Part shown: in pieces, positions 8,773-18,627 of the stretch | Numbering within the stretch: the first letter of the stretch is position 1 | Layout: each line of letters begins with the position of its first letter | Source of the DNA: Polynucleobacter sp. | Lineage (GTDB): Bacteria > Pseudomonadota > Gammaproteobacteria > Burkholderiales > Burkholderiaceae | Direction: 5' to 3' | DNA length: 64,000 nucleotides | Assembly: GCA_037129175.1 (NCBI GenBank) | Contig: JBAXVK010000003.1 | Coordinates: forward strand, 40,154 to 104,153 | The notes under the pieces: model-generated | What the model was told of the DNA's origin: nothing | The model's input: only the letters and a program-made list of their open reading frames with translations | Database searches by the model: none | Position numbers and translations under genes: made by a program

Positions 8773-10155
8773 ATGCTAGAGAATCTCACCGACCGCCTAT
8801 CGCGCGTTGTTAAAACAATGCGGGGCCAAGCCCGCCTCACTGAAGCCAATACCGCTGAAATGCTGCGGGAGATCCGCCTAGCCTTATTGGAGGCTGACGT
8901 AGCACTGCCAGTAGTGAAATCCTTGCTCGAGCAAATTAAATTTAAAGCCCTTGGTGAGGAAGTGGTTGGCAGCCTGAGCCCAGGACAAGCTCTGGTTGGC
9001 GTAGTCCAGCGTGAGCTGGTTCAAGTCATGATGGGTGATACCAATCAAAGCGGTGAACTCAACTTAGCAACCCAGCCTCCGGCAGTGATTTTGATGGCAG
9101 GCTTACAGGGTGCTGGTAAAACTACCTCCGTTGGTAAATTAGCCAAATGGCTTCAAGAGAAAAAGAAAAAGAAGGTTCTGACTGTTTCTTGTGACATCTA
9201 TCGCCCTGCTGCTATTGAACAACTTGAAACTGTTACCAAGCAGGTTGGTGCAGAATTTTTCCCAAGTAACGTTAATCAAAAACCAAATGACATTGCACTT
9301 GCCGCCCTGGATTGGGCGCGCCGTCATTATTTTGATGTTGTATTGGTTGATACTGCTGGTCGCTTAGGCATTGACGAAGTACTCATGCAAGAAATTAAAA
9401 CTTTGCATGCGAGCCTAAACCCCATTGAAACACTGTTTGTAGTTGATGCCATGCTAGGCCAAGATGCCGTCAATACTGCTAAAGCCTTTCATGAAGCGCT
9501 TCCGCTAACGGGTGTCATTCTCACCAAGCTCGATGGTGACTCCCGCGGTGGTGCCGCTCTTTCTGTGCGCCAAGTGACTGGTGTGCCGCTCAAATTTATT
9601 GGTGTGGCTGAAAAAATGGATGGGCTTGAAGCCTTTGATGCGCAGCGTATGGCTAATCGTATTTTGGGCATGGGCGATATTCTGGCTCTTGTTGAACAAG
9701 CCCAACAACACGTTGATGTTGCTCAGGCTGAGAAATTAGCAACGAAGATTTCTAAGGGCGGCTTTGATCTTGGAGACTTTCGTGATCAACTGATGCAAAT
9801 GCAAAAGATGGGTGGCATGGCGAGCTTGATGGATAAGTTACCAAGCCAAGTTACTCAAGCCGCCTCTAAAACAAACCTCAGCAATGCAGATAAACAAACC
9901 ACACGCATGCGAGGAATTATCGATAGCATGACACCACGTGAACGAAGCAAACCTGAATTACTCAAGGCTAGTCGCAAACGACGTATTGCCGCAGGTGCGG
10001 GCGTAGAGGTCCAAGAAGTCAATCGTCTGCTTGCCCAGTTTGAGCAAATGCAAACCATGATGAAGCAATTCAAGGGTGGAAAGATGGCGCGCACGATGGC
10101 AGGCATGGCCGCAAAAGGAGCCGCGAGGGGTATTGGCGGGCTCTTTAAGAAATAA
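8773..10155 (+). CDS. ffh: Signal recognition particle protein
   Basis: GLQGAGKTT, DTAGR, TKLDG motifs and a Met-rich M domain (SRKRRIAAGAG). Confidence 0.97.
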   Translation: MLENLTDRLSRVVKTMRGQARLTEANTAEMLREIRLALLEADVALPVVKSLLEQIKFKALGEEVVGSLSPGQALVGVVQRELVQVMMGDTNQSGELNLATQPPAVILMAGLQGAGKTTSVGKLAKWLQEKKKKKVLTVSCDIYRPAAIEQLETVTKQVGAEFFPSNVNQKPNDIALAALDWARRHYFDVVLVDTAGRLGIDEVLMQEIKTLHASLNPIETLFVVDAMLGQDAVNTAKAFHEALPLTGVILTKLDGDSRGGAALSVRQVTGVPLKFIGVAEKMDGLEAFDAQRMANRILGMGDILALVEQAQQHVDVAQAEKLATKISKGGFDLGDFRDQLMQMQKMGGMASLMDKLPSQVTQAASKTNLSNADKQTTRMRGIIDSMTPRERSKPELLKASRKRRIAAGAGVEVQEVNRLLAQFEQMQTMMKQFKGGKMARTMAGMAAKGAARGIGGLFKK

Positions 10156-11898
10156 TTAAGAAACGAGTTTCTTGGCTGCTTGAACAGCAGCAATCACTTT
10201 TGCTTTGATATCGGCTAGTGGAATATTTTGGGACTGGGCATCAGTTCGCCCTTTAAATTCCACTTCAGCATTGGCTAAACTGCGATCGCCAATCACCACG
10301 CGGAATGGTGCGCCAATCAGCTCCCAATCAGCAAACATTGCGCCTGGACGCTCATTGCGATCATCCAAAATCACATCGATACCAGCAGCGAGTAATTCAT
10401 CATGTAATTGATCACAAGCTACCTTAACAGCCTCTGACTTGTCGTAAGCCATCGGGCAAATTACCACCTCAAATGGCGCCATGGAAATTGGCCAAATAAT
10501 GCCGCGCTCATCATGACCCTGTTCGATAGCTGCGCCCAACAAACGCGTGACACCAATACCGTAACAACCCATCACCATTGGCTGTGCCTTGCCTTGTTGA
10601 TCAAGGTAGGTGCAACCCATTGCTTCAGAATAGCGGGTACCCAATTGAAATACGTGACCCACTTCAATACCACGGCAAATATCTAATACGCCTTTACCGT
10701 CGGGAGATGGATCACCAATCACGGCATTGCGAATATCGAGTACCAAAGGCTCAGGCAAATCACGGCCCCAGTTCACTCCTGTCAAATGGTGACCAGCATC
10801 ATTGGCGCCACAAACAAAATTAGACATATTAGCCACAGTACGATCAGCCACCACAGTCACATCAGCGCTTACGCCAACTGGGCCTAAATACCCTGCAGGT
10901 GCATTACATGCTTGCTTAATCTCAGCCTCATTAGCAAAGCGCGACTGACCCATACCAGGAACCTTACTTGCTTTCACTTCATTAAGCTCATGGTCGCCGC
11001 GCACTAATAACATGAAGAGTTTGGCAGGTCCTTTTTCTTGATCGACTGCAAAGAGTAGGGACTTCACAGTCTGCTCAAGGGGAATATTTAGAAACTTCGC
11101 AACATCCGCACAGTTTGTTTTATCGGGCGTTGGTGCCTTGGCCATAGATGCGCCTGCTGCAGCTCTTGCTGCTAACAATGCGAGTGATTCAGCAGCCTCA
11201 AGATTGGCTGCGTAATCTGAGCTTGGGCAATACACAATGGCATCTTCACCGGTATCCGCAATCACATGAAACTCTTGACTACCCGATCCGCCAATTGCGC
11301 CGTTATCAGCTGTGACTGCACGAAATTTCAGTCCCATACGATTAAAGATACGTGTGTAAGCATCAAACATGACTTGATAAGACTTCTTTAACCCTTCAAT
11401 ATCGCGATCGAATGAGTAAGCATCTTTCATGCTGAATTCACGACCACGCATGATGCCAAAACGGGGGCGACGCTCATCACGGAACTTGGTTTGAATTTGA
11501 TAGAAATTGATGGGTAGCTGTTTATAGCTTTTAATTTCATTACGAGCTAAATCAGTAATGACTTCTTCAGAAGTCGGCTGAATTAAAAAATCTCTATCGT
11601 GGCGATCTTTGATACGCAGTAATTCAGGACCCATTTTTTCCCAACGACCAGTCTCTTGCCATAATTCAGCAGGTTGGATCATTGGCATGAGCAATTCAAT
11701 CGCACCAGCCTGATTCATTTCTTCGCGAATGATATTTTCGACCTTGCGGATCACTTTCAAACCCAGCGGCAAATAGTTATAAATGCCCGCACTCAGCTTG
11801 CGAATTAAACCTGCCCGCACCATCAATTTGTGCGAAACCACCTCTGCGTCAGAGGGAGCTTCTTTTAGCGTGGCGAGAAATGATTGTGATGCTTTCAT
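10156..11898 (-). CDS. proS: Proline--tRNA ligase
   Basis: [17 protein letters not shown], an INS editing domain, [11 protein letters not shown] and GCYGIG. Confidence 0.97.
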   Translation of the reverse strand: MKASQSFLATLKEAPSDAEVVSHKLMVRAGLIRKLSAGIYNYLPLGLKVIRKVENIIREEMNQAGAIELLMPMIQPAELWQETGRWEKMGPELLRIKDRHDRDFLIQPTSEEVITDLARNEIKSYKQLPINFYQIQTKFRDERRPRFGIMRGREFSMKDAYSFDRDIEGLKKSYQVMFDAYTRIFNRMGLKFRAVTADNGAIGGSGSQEFHVIADTGEDAIVYCPSSDYAANLEAAESLALLAARAAAGASMAKAPTPDKTNCADVAKFLNIPLEQTVKSLLFAVDQEKGPAKLFMLLVRGDHELNEVKASKVPGMGQSRFANEAEIKQACNAPAGYLGPVGVSADVTVVADRTVANMSNFVCGANDAGHHLTGVNWGRDLPEPLVLDIRNAVIGDPSPDGKGVLDICRGIEVGHVFQLGTRYSEAMGCTYLDQQGKAQPMVMGCYGIGVTRLLGAAIEQGHDERGIIWPISMAPFEVVICPMAYDKSEAVKVACDQLHDELLAAGIDVILDDRNERPGAMFADWELIGAPFRVVIGDRSLANAEVEFKGRTDAQSQNIPLADIKAKVIAAVQAAKKLVS

Positions 11899-11905
11899 GT
11901 ATGGA

Positions 11906-11911
11906 TATAAT
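11906..11911 (+). promoter_or_regulatory. Consensus -10 hexamer upstream of rppH
   Basis: TATAAT in the proS/rppH divergent gap, 35 nt before the rppH ATG. Confidence 0.5.
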
Positions 11912-11946
11912 CAAATCACTGATTTTAAAGGATTTGAGGCACGATC

Positions 11947-12546
11947 ATGCTTGACCGTGAAGGGTATCGCCCCAATGTCGGCATTGTCCTCCTTAATGGC
12001 CGTAACGAGGTTTTCTGGGGAAAACGCGTTGGGCAGCATTCGTGGCAGTTCCCACAGGGTGGGATTCAGCATGGTGAAAGCCCTGAGCAGGCCATGTACC
12101 GCGAATTGCATGAGGAAGTTGGCTTGCTGCCGGAACATGTCCAAATTGTTGGACGGACTAGGGATTGGCTTCGTTATGACGTCCCTGAGGAGTACTTGCG
12201 CCGTCAACACGCCACTCGCGTCCACCGGACCGCGTATCGTGGTCAAAAACAAATTTGGTTTCTCTTACGCCTAGTAGGCTTAGATAGCGATATTCAACTC
12301 CGCGCCTCGGATCATCCGGAATTTGATGCCTGGCGTTGGGTCCCTTTTTGGATTCAATTAGATGGAGTGATTGATTTCAAGCGTGAAGTTTATGAGCTTG
12401 CCCTTTCAGAGCTCGCTCGCTACCTTTCTAGGGGATTGCGAATGCAACAACTTGCTTGGGGAACCCCGCTCGATCTGATTCAGTCTTTTTATGCGGGCAA
12501 TGACGATCAAAATGAACCATCTACTAAATCGGATAAAGAAAAATGA
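11947..12546 (+). CDS. rppH: RNA pyrophosphohydrolase
   Basis: [17 protein letters not shown]...[12 protein letters not shown] Nudix box, GQKQIWF. Confidence 0.95.
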   Translation: MLDREGYRPNVGIVLLNGRNEVFWGKRVGQHSWQFPQGGIQHGESPEQAMYRELHEEVGLLPEHVQIVGRTRDWLRYDVPEEYLRRQHATRVHRTAYRGQKQIWFLLRLVGLDSDIQLRASDHPEFDAWRWVPFWIQLDGVIDFKREVYELALSELARYLSRGLRMQQLAWGTPLDLIQSFYAGNDDQNEPSTKSDKEK

Positions 12547-13112
12547 GCGCTACCTTACACAAAATAAGCGCCTATGCGTTTAGCATTTCAATCGGGGTGG
12601 GGTTAATTTCCTGTACGGGTGACCCGTTGCAGAGTGGACTAGATCCTTTTGCCCCTTCGGTATTTAAAGAAGGTACAACCAAAATGCCCTTAAATCCACC
12701 CAATCAATCTACCCTTCTGCCCTTCTACGTTACTCAAAATACAGTTTTCAAATTTGCAGTAGACACAAACTCAATCTTAATCGGGCAAGACGGGGTGACG
12801 CGTTACATCATAGTAATCACTAACCCAAATGGAGGGAAACAGGCTCAATACGAAGGCATTCGTTGCGACTCATTTCAGTGGCGCCTTTATGGAAACCTCG
12901 AAAATAATACTTGGAGAGAAAATCCTCTATCTACTTGGAGAGAAATTCAAACTCAGGTTCCCAATCGCTATCAAGCAGCTTTAGCCCAAGGAGCTTTGTG
13001 CACCTTAAATAGTCAGGAAAAAAGTCTCAATACTATTTTAAAATCCTTAGACCCCAATACCTTTATTGGCGGAACTCGACCCACCAACTCATTTGGAATA
13101 ATGGGTAACTAG
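12543..13112 (+). CDS. CNP1-like family lipoprotein
   Basis: Lipobox GLISC; the pattern [11 protein letters not shown]...YEGIRC...R.Y resembles CNP1-like proteins; position after rppH. Confidence 0.7.
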   Translation: MSATLHKISAYAFSISIGVGLISCTGDPLQSGLDPFAPSVFKEGTTKMPLNPPNQSTLLPFYVTQNTVFKFAVDTNSILIGQDGVTRYIIVITNPNGGKQAQYEGIRCDSFQWRLYGNLENNTWRENPLSTWREIQTQVPNRYQAALAQGALCTLNSQEKSLNTILKSLDPNTFIGGTRPTNSFGIMGN

Positions 13113-13900
13113 TTCTTGTTAGCTGGGGATAGATATGTGCCAATTTTCTCACCCGCCAAGAGGCGAGTAAGCACATTAGGTTCGCGCCCAGACGCAATAA
13201 TAGTAGACGCTCCTGTTTGAACCGCAATTTTTGCAGCTAGCACCTTAGTTAACATGCCGCCTTTACTGAACTCACTAGCTGCACCTCCAGCCATCTTCTC
13301 CAGAGCAGGGTCACCGGCAATAGCATTGCTTAATAAGCTTGCATCAGCATGATGACGAGGATCAGCAGTATATAAACCGCCTTGATCAGTCAAAATCACA
13401 AGCAGATCTGCCAGGATTAAGTTACTTACCAAGGCTGCAAGACTATCGTTGTCGCCAAACTTGATTTCGTCAGTGACCACTGTGTCATTCTCATTAATGA
13501 TTGGAACAACGCCGAGCTTTAACAAAGTCTCTAGCGTTGCTTTAGCGTTCGCATTACGCTCTGCATTTGCTAAATCAGCATTGGTTAGTAAGATCTGTGC
13601 GCTACGTAAATCAAAGCGTGCAAAACAACTCTCATAAACCTGTACTAAGCCCATTTGACCAATTGCAGCCGCTGCCTGAAGTTGATGAATTTCTTGTGGG
13701 CGCTTAGTCCATCCCAAACGCTGCATACCTTCGGCAATTGCTCCTGAGCTCACCATTAATACCTCATGGCCAGACTTTAATAAAGCTGCCATTTGCTCGG
13801 CCCACATCCCAATCGCAGCATGGTCTAGGCCTTGACCGTTATTGGTGACAAGACTAGAGCCTACTTTCACAACGATACGTTTAGGGTGTTTGGTATTCAT
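13109..13900 (-). CDS. proB: Glutamate 5-kinase lacking the PUA domain
   Basis: [29 protein letters not shown] and GGMLTK motifs; only 263 aa. Confidence 0.92.
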   Translation of the reverse strand: MNTKHPKRIVVKVGSSLVTNNGQGLDHAAIGMWAEQMAALLKSGHEVLMVSSGAIAEGMQRLGWTKRPQEIHQLQAAAAIGQMGLVQVYESCFARFDLRSAQILLTNADLANAERNANAKATLETLLKLGVVPIINENDTVVTDEIKFGDNDSLAALVSNLILADLLVILTDQGGLYTADPRHHADASLLSNAIAGDPALEKMAGGAASEFSKGGMLTKVLAAKIAVQTGASTIIASGREPNVLTRLLAGEKIGTYLSPANKN

Positions 13901-13926
13901 AAAAGTGAGTAATCTGTAGGGGTACT

Positions 13927-15015
13927 TTAATCGAGTTTTTTATCTTCAAGTTGATCTTTATAGCGAGGATCTTGAGCGCGCTCATCCTGCTCATCACGAT
14001 TACGACGTACTGAATCCAAGTAATCCTGTAGTGCGTAGCAAAGCTTATCGCAACCAAGACCAGTTAAAGCGGAGATCTCAAACGTTGGACCTTTCCACTT
14101 AAACTTTTTCACAAAGTCTGTAACTACTTTTTGACGATCCTCTTCAGGAATCATATCCACTTTGTTTAAAACCAACCAACGTGGTTTTTCAACTAAGGCT
14201 TCATCGTACTTACGCAGCTCATTCACAATTGCATTGGCATCAGCTACAGGATCAATGTTTTCATCAAAAGGTGCAATATCTACCAAGTGCAAGAGCACGC
14301 CTGTCCGCTGGAGATGGCGCAAGAAGCGATGGCCCAAGCCAGCACCCTCGGCGGCACCCTCAATCAAACCAGGAATATCGGCAATCACGAAACTGCGCTC
14401 ACTTCCCACACGAACTACACCTAAATTAGGATGCAAAGTAGTGAATGGGTAATCAGCAATCTTTGGCCGTGCATTAGAAACTGCAGTGATCAAAGTAGAC
14501 TTACCAGCATTAGGCATCCCAAGCAAACCAACGTCAGCTAACACCTTTAATTCCAACTTCAACTTACGGCGCTCGCCTGGCTTGCCATTTGTTTTTTGAC
14601 GTGGTGCTCTATTGGTACTACTCTTAAAGTGAATGTTCCCCCAACCACCTACGCCACCTTGCGCAAGACAGAGGCGTTCACCATGCGTTGTTAAGTCAGC
14701 AATAGGCTCACCTGTTTCGTAATCGGCAATGATCGTGCCAACTGGCATACGCAATTCAATATCATCACCTGCACGACCATAGCAATCAGCGCCACGGCCA
14801 GGCTCACCATTTTTTGCAGTATGTGTTTTAGCATAACGGTAATCAATCAAGGTATTGATGTTGCGATCGGCTATAGCCCATACGCTTCCGCCCTTACCGC
14901 CGTCGCCGCCGTCGGGTCCACCAAATTCAATGAACTTTTCACGGCGCATAGAGGCACTCCCGGCGCCACCCTGGCCGGCTATGACTTCAATACGCGCTTC
15001 GTCTATAAATTTCAT
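13927..15015 (-). CDS. obgE: GTPase ObgE/CgtA
   Basis: Gly-rich Obg fold, [23 protein letters not shown]. Confidence 0.97.
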   Translation of the reverse strand: MKFIDEARIEVIAGQGGAGSASMRREKFIEFGGPDGGDGGKGGSVWAIADRNINTLIDYRYAKTHTAKNGEPGRGADCYGRAGDDIELRMPVGTIIADYETGEPIADLTTHGERLCLAQGGVGGWGNIHFKSSTNRAPRQKTNGKPGERRKLKLELKVLADVGLLGMPNAGKSTLITAVSNARPKIADYPFTTLHPNLGVVRVGSERSFVIADIPGLIEGAAEGAGLGHRFLRHLQRTGVLLHLVDIAPFDENIDPVADANAIVNELRKYDEALVEKPRWLVLNKVDMIPEEDRQKVVTDFVKKFKWKGPTFEISALTGLGCDKLCYALQDYLDSVRRNRDEQDERAQDPRYKDQLEDKKLD

Positions 15016-15019
15016 GAAT

Positions 15020-15045
15020 AAAAAAGGCCTCGCTTAGCGAGGCCT
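15020..15045 (-). terminator. Intrinsic terminator between rpmA and obgE
   Basis: Minus strand AGGCCTCGC-TAA-GCGAGGCC followed by a U6 run that ends 4 nt before the obgE ATG. Confidence 0.8.
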
Positions 15046-15102
15046 GTTCCTAAGAGTTAAATTCGGAATCAATCTGAATCAAACCAGTCTCAGTCAGGCG
15101 CC

Positions 15103-15363
15103 TTATGAACGAGGCAAAACTGAAACTTGGGCCTTCTTCAAAGCACCCTTAACGCCGAATTGCACTTGACCGTCAATTAAGGCGAACAAAGTGTGATCCT
15201 TGCCAATGCCAACGTTTACACCAGGATGAACCTTTGTGCCACGTTGGCGAATGATGATGCTGCCAGCATTAATTTGCTCGCCGCCAAATACCTTAACGCC
15301 TAGGCGTTTCGATTCTGAGTCGCGGCCATTTCGTGTTGAGCCGCCGCCTTTTTTCTGTGCCAT
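15103..15363 (-). CDS. rpmA: 50S ribosomal protein L27
   Basis: [24 protein letters not shown]. Confidence 0.98.
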   Translation of the reverse strand: MAQKKGGGSTRNGRDSESKRLGVKVFGGEQINAGSIIIRQRGTKVHPGVNVGIGKDHTLFALIDGQVQFGVKGALKKAQVSVLPRS

Positions 15364-15382
15364 ATCTTTCTCCTACCCTAAA

Positions 15383-15694
15383 TCAGGCTTTAATCGTGTT
15401 GATCAAAATTTCAGTGAAATTTTGACGATGGCCTTGGTGCTTTTGATAATGCTTGCGACGGCGCATCTTAAAGATTGTCACTTTATCGTGACGTCCTTGG
15501 GAGACGACAGTGGCTATCACAGCTGCACCATTAACCAATGGATCACCTAATTTCAGTGAAGCGCCTTCGCCAACGGCGAGGACCTGGTCAAGAGTGATTT
15601 CGCTGCCGATTTCCGCTGGTATCTGTTCTATTTTCAATTTTTCGCCTGCAGCAACTTTATACTGTTTGCCACCGGTTTTTATGACCGCGTACAT
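15383..15694 (-). CDS. rplU: 50S ribosomal protein L21
   Basis: [14 protein letters not shown]...KHQGHRQ. Start corrected to ATG 15694. Confidence 0.98.
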   Translation of the reverse strand: MYAVIKTGGKQYKVAAGEKLKIEQIPAEIGSEITLDQVLAVGEGASLKLGDPLVNGAAVIATVVSQGRHDKVTIFKMRRRKHYQKHQGHRQNFTEILINTIKA

Positions 15695-15757
15695 GGTTTG
15701 AAACCTCAATTAATATCTACATTTAAGCTAATCCACCCTGGATGAGCTAAGCCCATT

Positions 15758-15786
15758 ATTATATCTTGCATGATGAGCACTGTCAA
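15758..15786 (-). promoter_or_regulatory. Perfect sigma70 promoter for rplU-rpmA
   Basis: TTGACA (15786-15781), a 17-bp spacer and TATAAT (15763-15758) on the minus strand. Confidence 0.9.
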
Positions 15787-16774
15787 AACCAATGACCTAA
15801 ACCAAATCCTGGCCCCAATTGCCCTAGATTTCAAGGCATTAGATGGGGTAATACGCCAGCGATTGGCCTCAAAAGTCGCCTTAATTGACCAAATTTCTAC
15901 CTATATTATCCAAGCTGGTGGAAAGCGGGTACGGCCAGCCCTATTAATGCTGGTAGCCAAGGCCCTCAGTAATGGCAAAGAAACTCCACACACCCTAGAA
16001 ATGGCTGCAGTAGTGGAATTTATCCATACAGCCACCCTGCTTCATGATGATGTTGTTGATGAGTCAACCCTCCGAAGGGGTCGGGAAACCGCAAATGCTG
16101 CTTTTGGCAACGCAGCCAGCGTTCTAGTGGGTGATTTTCTCTACTCCAGAGCCTTCCAAATGATGATTAGCCCAAATGACCTGCGCGTTATGCAAATTCT
16201 GTCAGATGCCACCAATACGATTGCCGAAGGCGAAGTCCTGCAATTGCTCAATATGAATGATCCAGAAGTAGATGAAGCAAGCTACTTGCAGGTGATTCGC
16301 TACAAAACCGCCAAACTATTTGAAGCCTCAACCGAGCTGGGCGCAATGTTGGCTAACGCAACAGACGTGCAGCGCGAACAGGCTGCAGCGTTTGGTCGCC
16401 ACATTGGCACCGCATTCCAACTGATGGATGATCTCTTAGATTACACAGCAAATGCTGCGCAGATGGGTAAGAATGCTGGTGATGATTTGCGTGAAGGCAA
16501 ACCAACATTGCCTCTGATTTACTTGCTAGAAAACGGCAGCAATGAAGAGCGTCTTTTAGTGCGGGCAGCTATTCAACAAAATCAAGATTTGCCAGATGAT
16601 GTATTTACACAAATTTTGAATGCCGTACAAACTTCTGGTGCTTTAGATTACACCCAAGCGGCGGCCAAACGTGAAGCAAACTTGGCTTTGGCATGCATTG
16701 TAGATTTCCCAACTAACGAGGCAACATCAGCACTACAGGCTCTGTGTGAATACTCGCTCGTTCGCCAAACTTAA
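15770..16774 (+). CDS. ispB: Octaprenyl/polyprenyl diphosphate synthase
   Basis: GGKRVRP, HDDVVDES..RRG, KTAKLFE, FQLMDD and DLREGKPTLP motifs. Confidence 0.93.
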   Translation: MMSTVKTNDLNQILAPIALDFKALDGVIRQRLASKVALIDQISTYIIQAGGKRVRPALLMLVAKALSNGKETPHTLEMAAVVEFIHTATLLHDDVVDESTLRRGRETANAAFGNAASVLVGDFLYSRAFQMMISPNDLRVMQILSDATNTIAEGEVLQLLNMNDPEVDEASYLQVIRYKTAKLFEASTELGAMLANATDVQREQAAAFGRHIGTAFQLMDDLLDYTANAAQMGKNAGDDLREGKPTLPLIYLLENGSNEERLLVRAAIQQNQDLPDDVFTQILNAVQTSGALDYTQAAAKREANLALACIVDFPTNEATSALQALCEYSLVRQT

Positions 16775-16780
16775 AAGAAA

Positions 16781-17716
16781 TTAATTCCCCACACTTTTTA
16801 TTCTTAAATCGCGTGCGCTGATTCGCACCTGCTCTGCCTCTTCTCTTAAGCGTGAAATTTCTTGCGCAGATAATCTTTCCAGACTTGAATAATCTAATTT
16901 CCAGGAGGGATCAGCAGACCAGATCAGGGGTGACTGCACAGTTGTGCGCGGTGTAGAGGCCGATTCTAAAAGGCGTAGAGCTAACTCAAAGTTCAGCGTC
17001 TGAGAGTCAGGGTCATTGGGCTTTGCAGCAGCATTTCCCAGAGGGAAATCGCTAAATAAAAATCTTGGTACCCCGCAATACTCAACAATATCTTTTGCAG
17101 CGCCCATCACAATGGTAGAAATACCGTTTGCCTCTAGATAACGCGCTAATAAACTTTGACTCTGATGACATATTGGGCAATTCGGAATTAAAACTGCAAT
17201 ATCAACCTTATCAGCACGCAGCATTTCTAAAATCAAAGGCGCATCTATTTCTAGAGTATGACGTTGGCTACGATTGGTAGGTAAACCATAAAAATTCGGT
17301 GAGAGCGCCTTTACTCTCCCGGACTGCACCGCTTGTTTAGCTGCCGCTAATGGAAACCAGCAATTGCTGTCTTCCATATTCGTATTTTTACGATCAATAC
17401 CGACATGAGCAATTCTTAAATCGATATCAGCATCCACAGGCTTTTGATAGGGCTGGTAAAACTTTGCAATGGCGTTATAAGCCGCACCTGGGCCCTGAAG
17501 ACCTTTATTGGGGTCATAAGGAACAGCGGTCGTAATGAGGCCCAACACAGATTGATTCAGTGGTTTTTGCAGTGCTGTAAATGGCACTTCAATGTAGTGT
17601 GCCCAGATATAAGGGTTCTCATAGCCTAAGCCCAGGTAATAGCTACGGGTACGCTCAATATAGCGAATAGGCTGATCCAATTCTGGTGCAAAAGTGAGCT
17701 CAGAAGCTTTAGACAT
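16781..17716 (-). CDS. Glycine/sarcosine/betaine/proline reductase selenoprotein-B (GrdB/PrdB)-like protein, Cys form
   Basis: PFT.L.KPL.QS.LGLITTA, D.NCWFPL, VD..VL.PNCPICHQS..LLARYLEA.GIST and VPRFLFSDFPLGN follow the PrdB/GrdB layout, with CxxC at the UxxC site. Confidence 0.75.
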   Translation of the reverse strand: MSKASELTFAPELDQPIRYIERTRSYYLGLGYENPYIWAHYIEVPFTALQKPLNQSVLGLITTAVPYDPNKGLQGPGAAYNAIAKFYQPYQKPVDADIDLRIAHVGIDRKNTNMEDSNCWFPLAAAKQAVQSGRVKALSPNFYGLPTNRSQRHTLEIDAPLILEMLRADKVDIAVLIPNCPICHQSQSLLARYLEANGISTIVMGAAKDIVEYCGVPRFLFSDFPLGNAAAKPNDPDSQTLNFELALRLLESASTPRTTVQSPLIWSADPSWKLDYSSLERLSAQEISRLREEAEQVRISARDLRIKSVGN

Positions 17717-17771
17717 CCGTTGATCCCTGTAATATATTGCCTATCAAATATTAACTTCACAGGAACCTATT

Positions 17772-18539
17772 ATGGCTCAATGGCTTAGATTTCAATATCA
17801 AGAAAAAAGTGGTTTGGGACAGCTACAAGGCGAGCAAATCGCAGTTTATTTGGGCGACTTGTTTAAAGATCCAAAACCTACGGGCGAAACACTCAAATTA
17901 GCTGATGTCACGCTTGACATCCCCTGCATCCCATCAAAAATGGTTGCCATGGTAGATAACTTCCATGCGCTAGTTACTAAACTGGAGCATGCAGTACCTG
18001 CCGAACCTTTGTACTTCCTTAAAGGAAATAACTCCTTTTTAGCTGCCAATCAAATTATTCGTACACCTAAGTCCTACTCTGGCAAAGTGGTTTATGAGGG
18101 CGAACTAGGAATTGTTATTGGCAAGCGCATCCATGAAGCTGACGAAGCTGAAGCTGCAAAAGCGATTTTTGGTTACACCTGCATTAATGATGTGACTGCT
18201 ATTGAAATTCTCAATCGCGATCCAGGCTATGCTCAATGGACACGCTCCAAGAGCTTTAATACCTTTGGTGTCTTTGGCCCCTACATTACTACCGGTGTAG
18301 ATCCAAGCAAGTTAGTTATTAAGACTATTCTCAATGATCAAGAGCGTCAAAACTACCCAATTGCAGATATGATTTTCCCGCCCGCAAAATTGGTCAGCTT
18401 CATTTCACAAGATGTTCCATTGGAAGCGGGCGACATCATCGCTTGTGGCACCTCAGTGGGGGTTGGTTCCATGAAACCTGGTAGCAATGTCAGCATCATC
18501 ATTGATGGCGTTGGTCGCCTCGATAATCGCTTCGAATAA
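17772..18539 (+). CDS. Fumarylacetoacetate hydrolase family protein
   Basis: YEGELGIVIG, FGYTCINDVTA, KSFNTF..GP and GDIIACGT. Confidence 0.9.
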   Translation: MAQWLRFQYQEKSGLGQLQGEQIAVYLGDLFKDPKPTGETLKLADVTLDIPCIPSKMVAMVDNFHALVTKLEHAVPAEPLYFLKGNNSFLAANQIIRTPKSYSGKVVYEGELGIVIGKRIHEADEAEAAKAIFGYTCINDVTAIEILNRDPGYAQWTRSKSFNTFGVFGPYITTGVDPSKLVIKTILNDQERQNYPIADMIFPPAKLVSFISQDVPLEAGDIIACGTSVGVGSMKPGSNVSIIIDGVGRLDNRFE

Positions 18540-18557
18540 TACCGAGATCCTTGAAAC

Positions 18558-18593
18558 AAAAAGCCTTGCTATGTTGAGTAGCAAGGCTTTTTT
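18558..18593. terminator. Bidirectional intrinsic terminator
   Basis: aaaaagccttgcta-tgttgag-tagcaaggcttttt, a 14-bp inverted repeat between convergent genes. Confidence 0.88.
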
Positions 18594-18627
18594 AATAATG
18601 AAAATTGACTACGTATTTTTTCGTTAT

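Noticed and set aside
11783-12274. 163-aa and 113-aa minus-strand ORFs over rppH and the proS start
   Set aside because: Shadow ORFs antisense to or overlapping well-supported genes, with no motifs.
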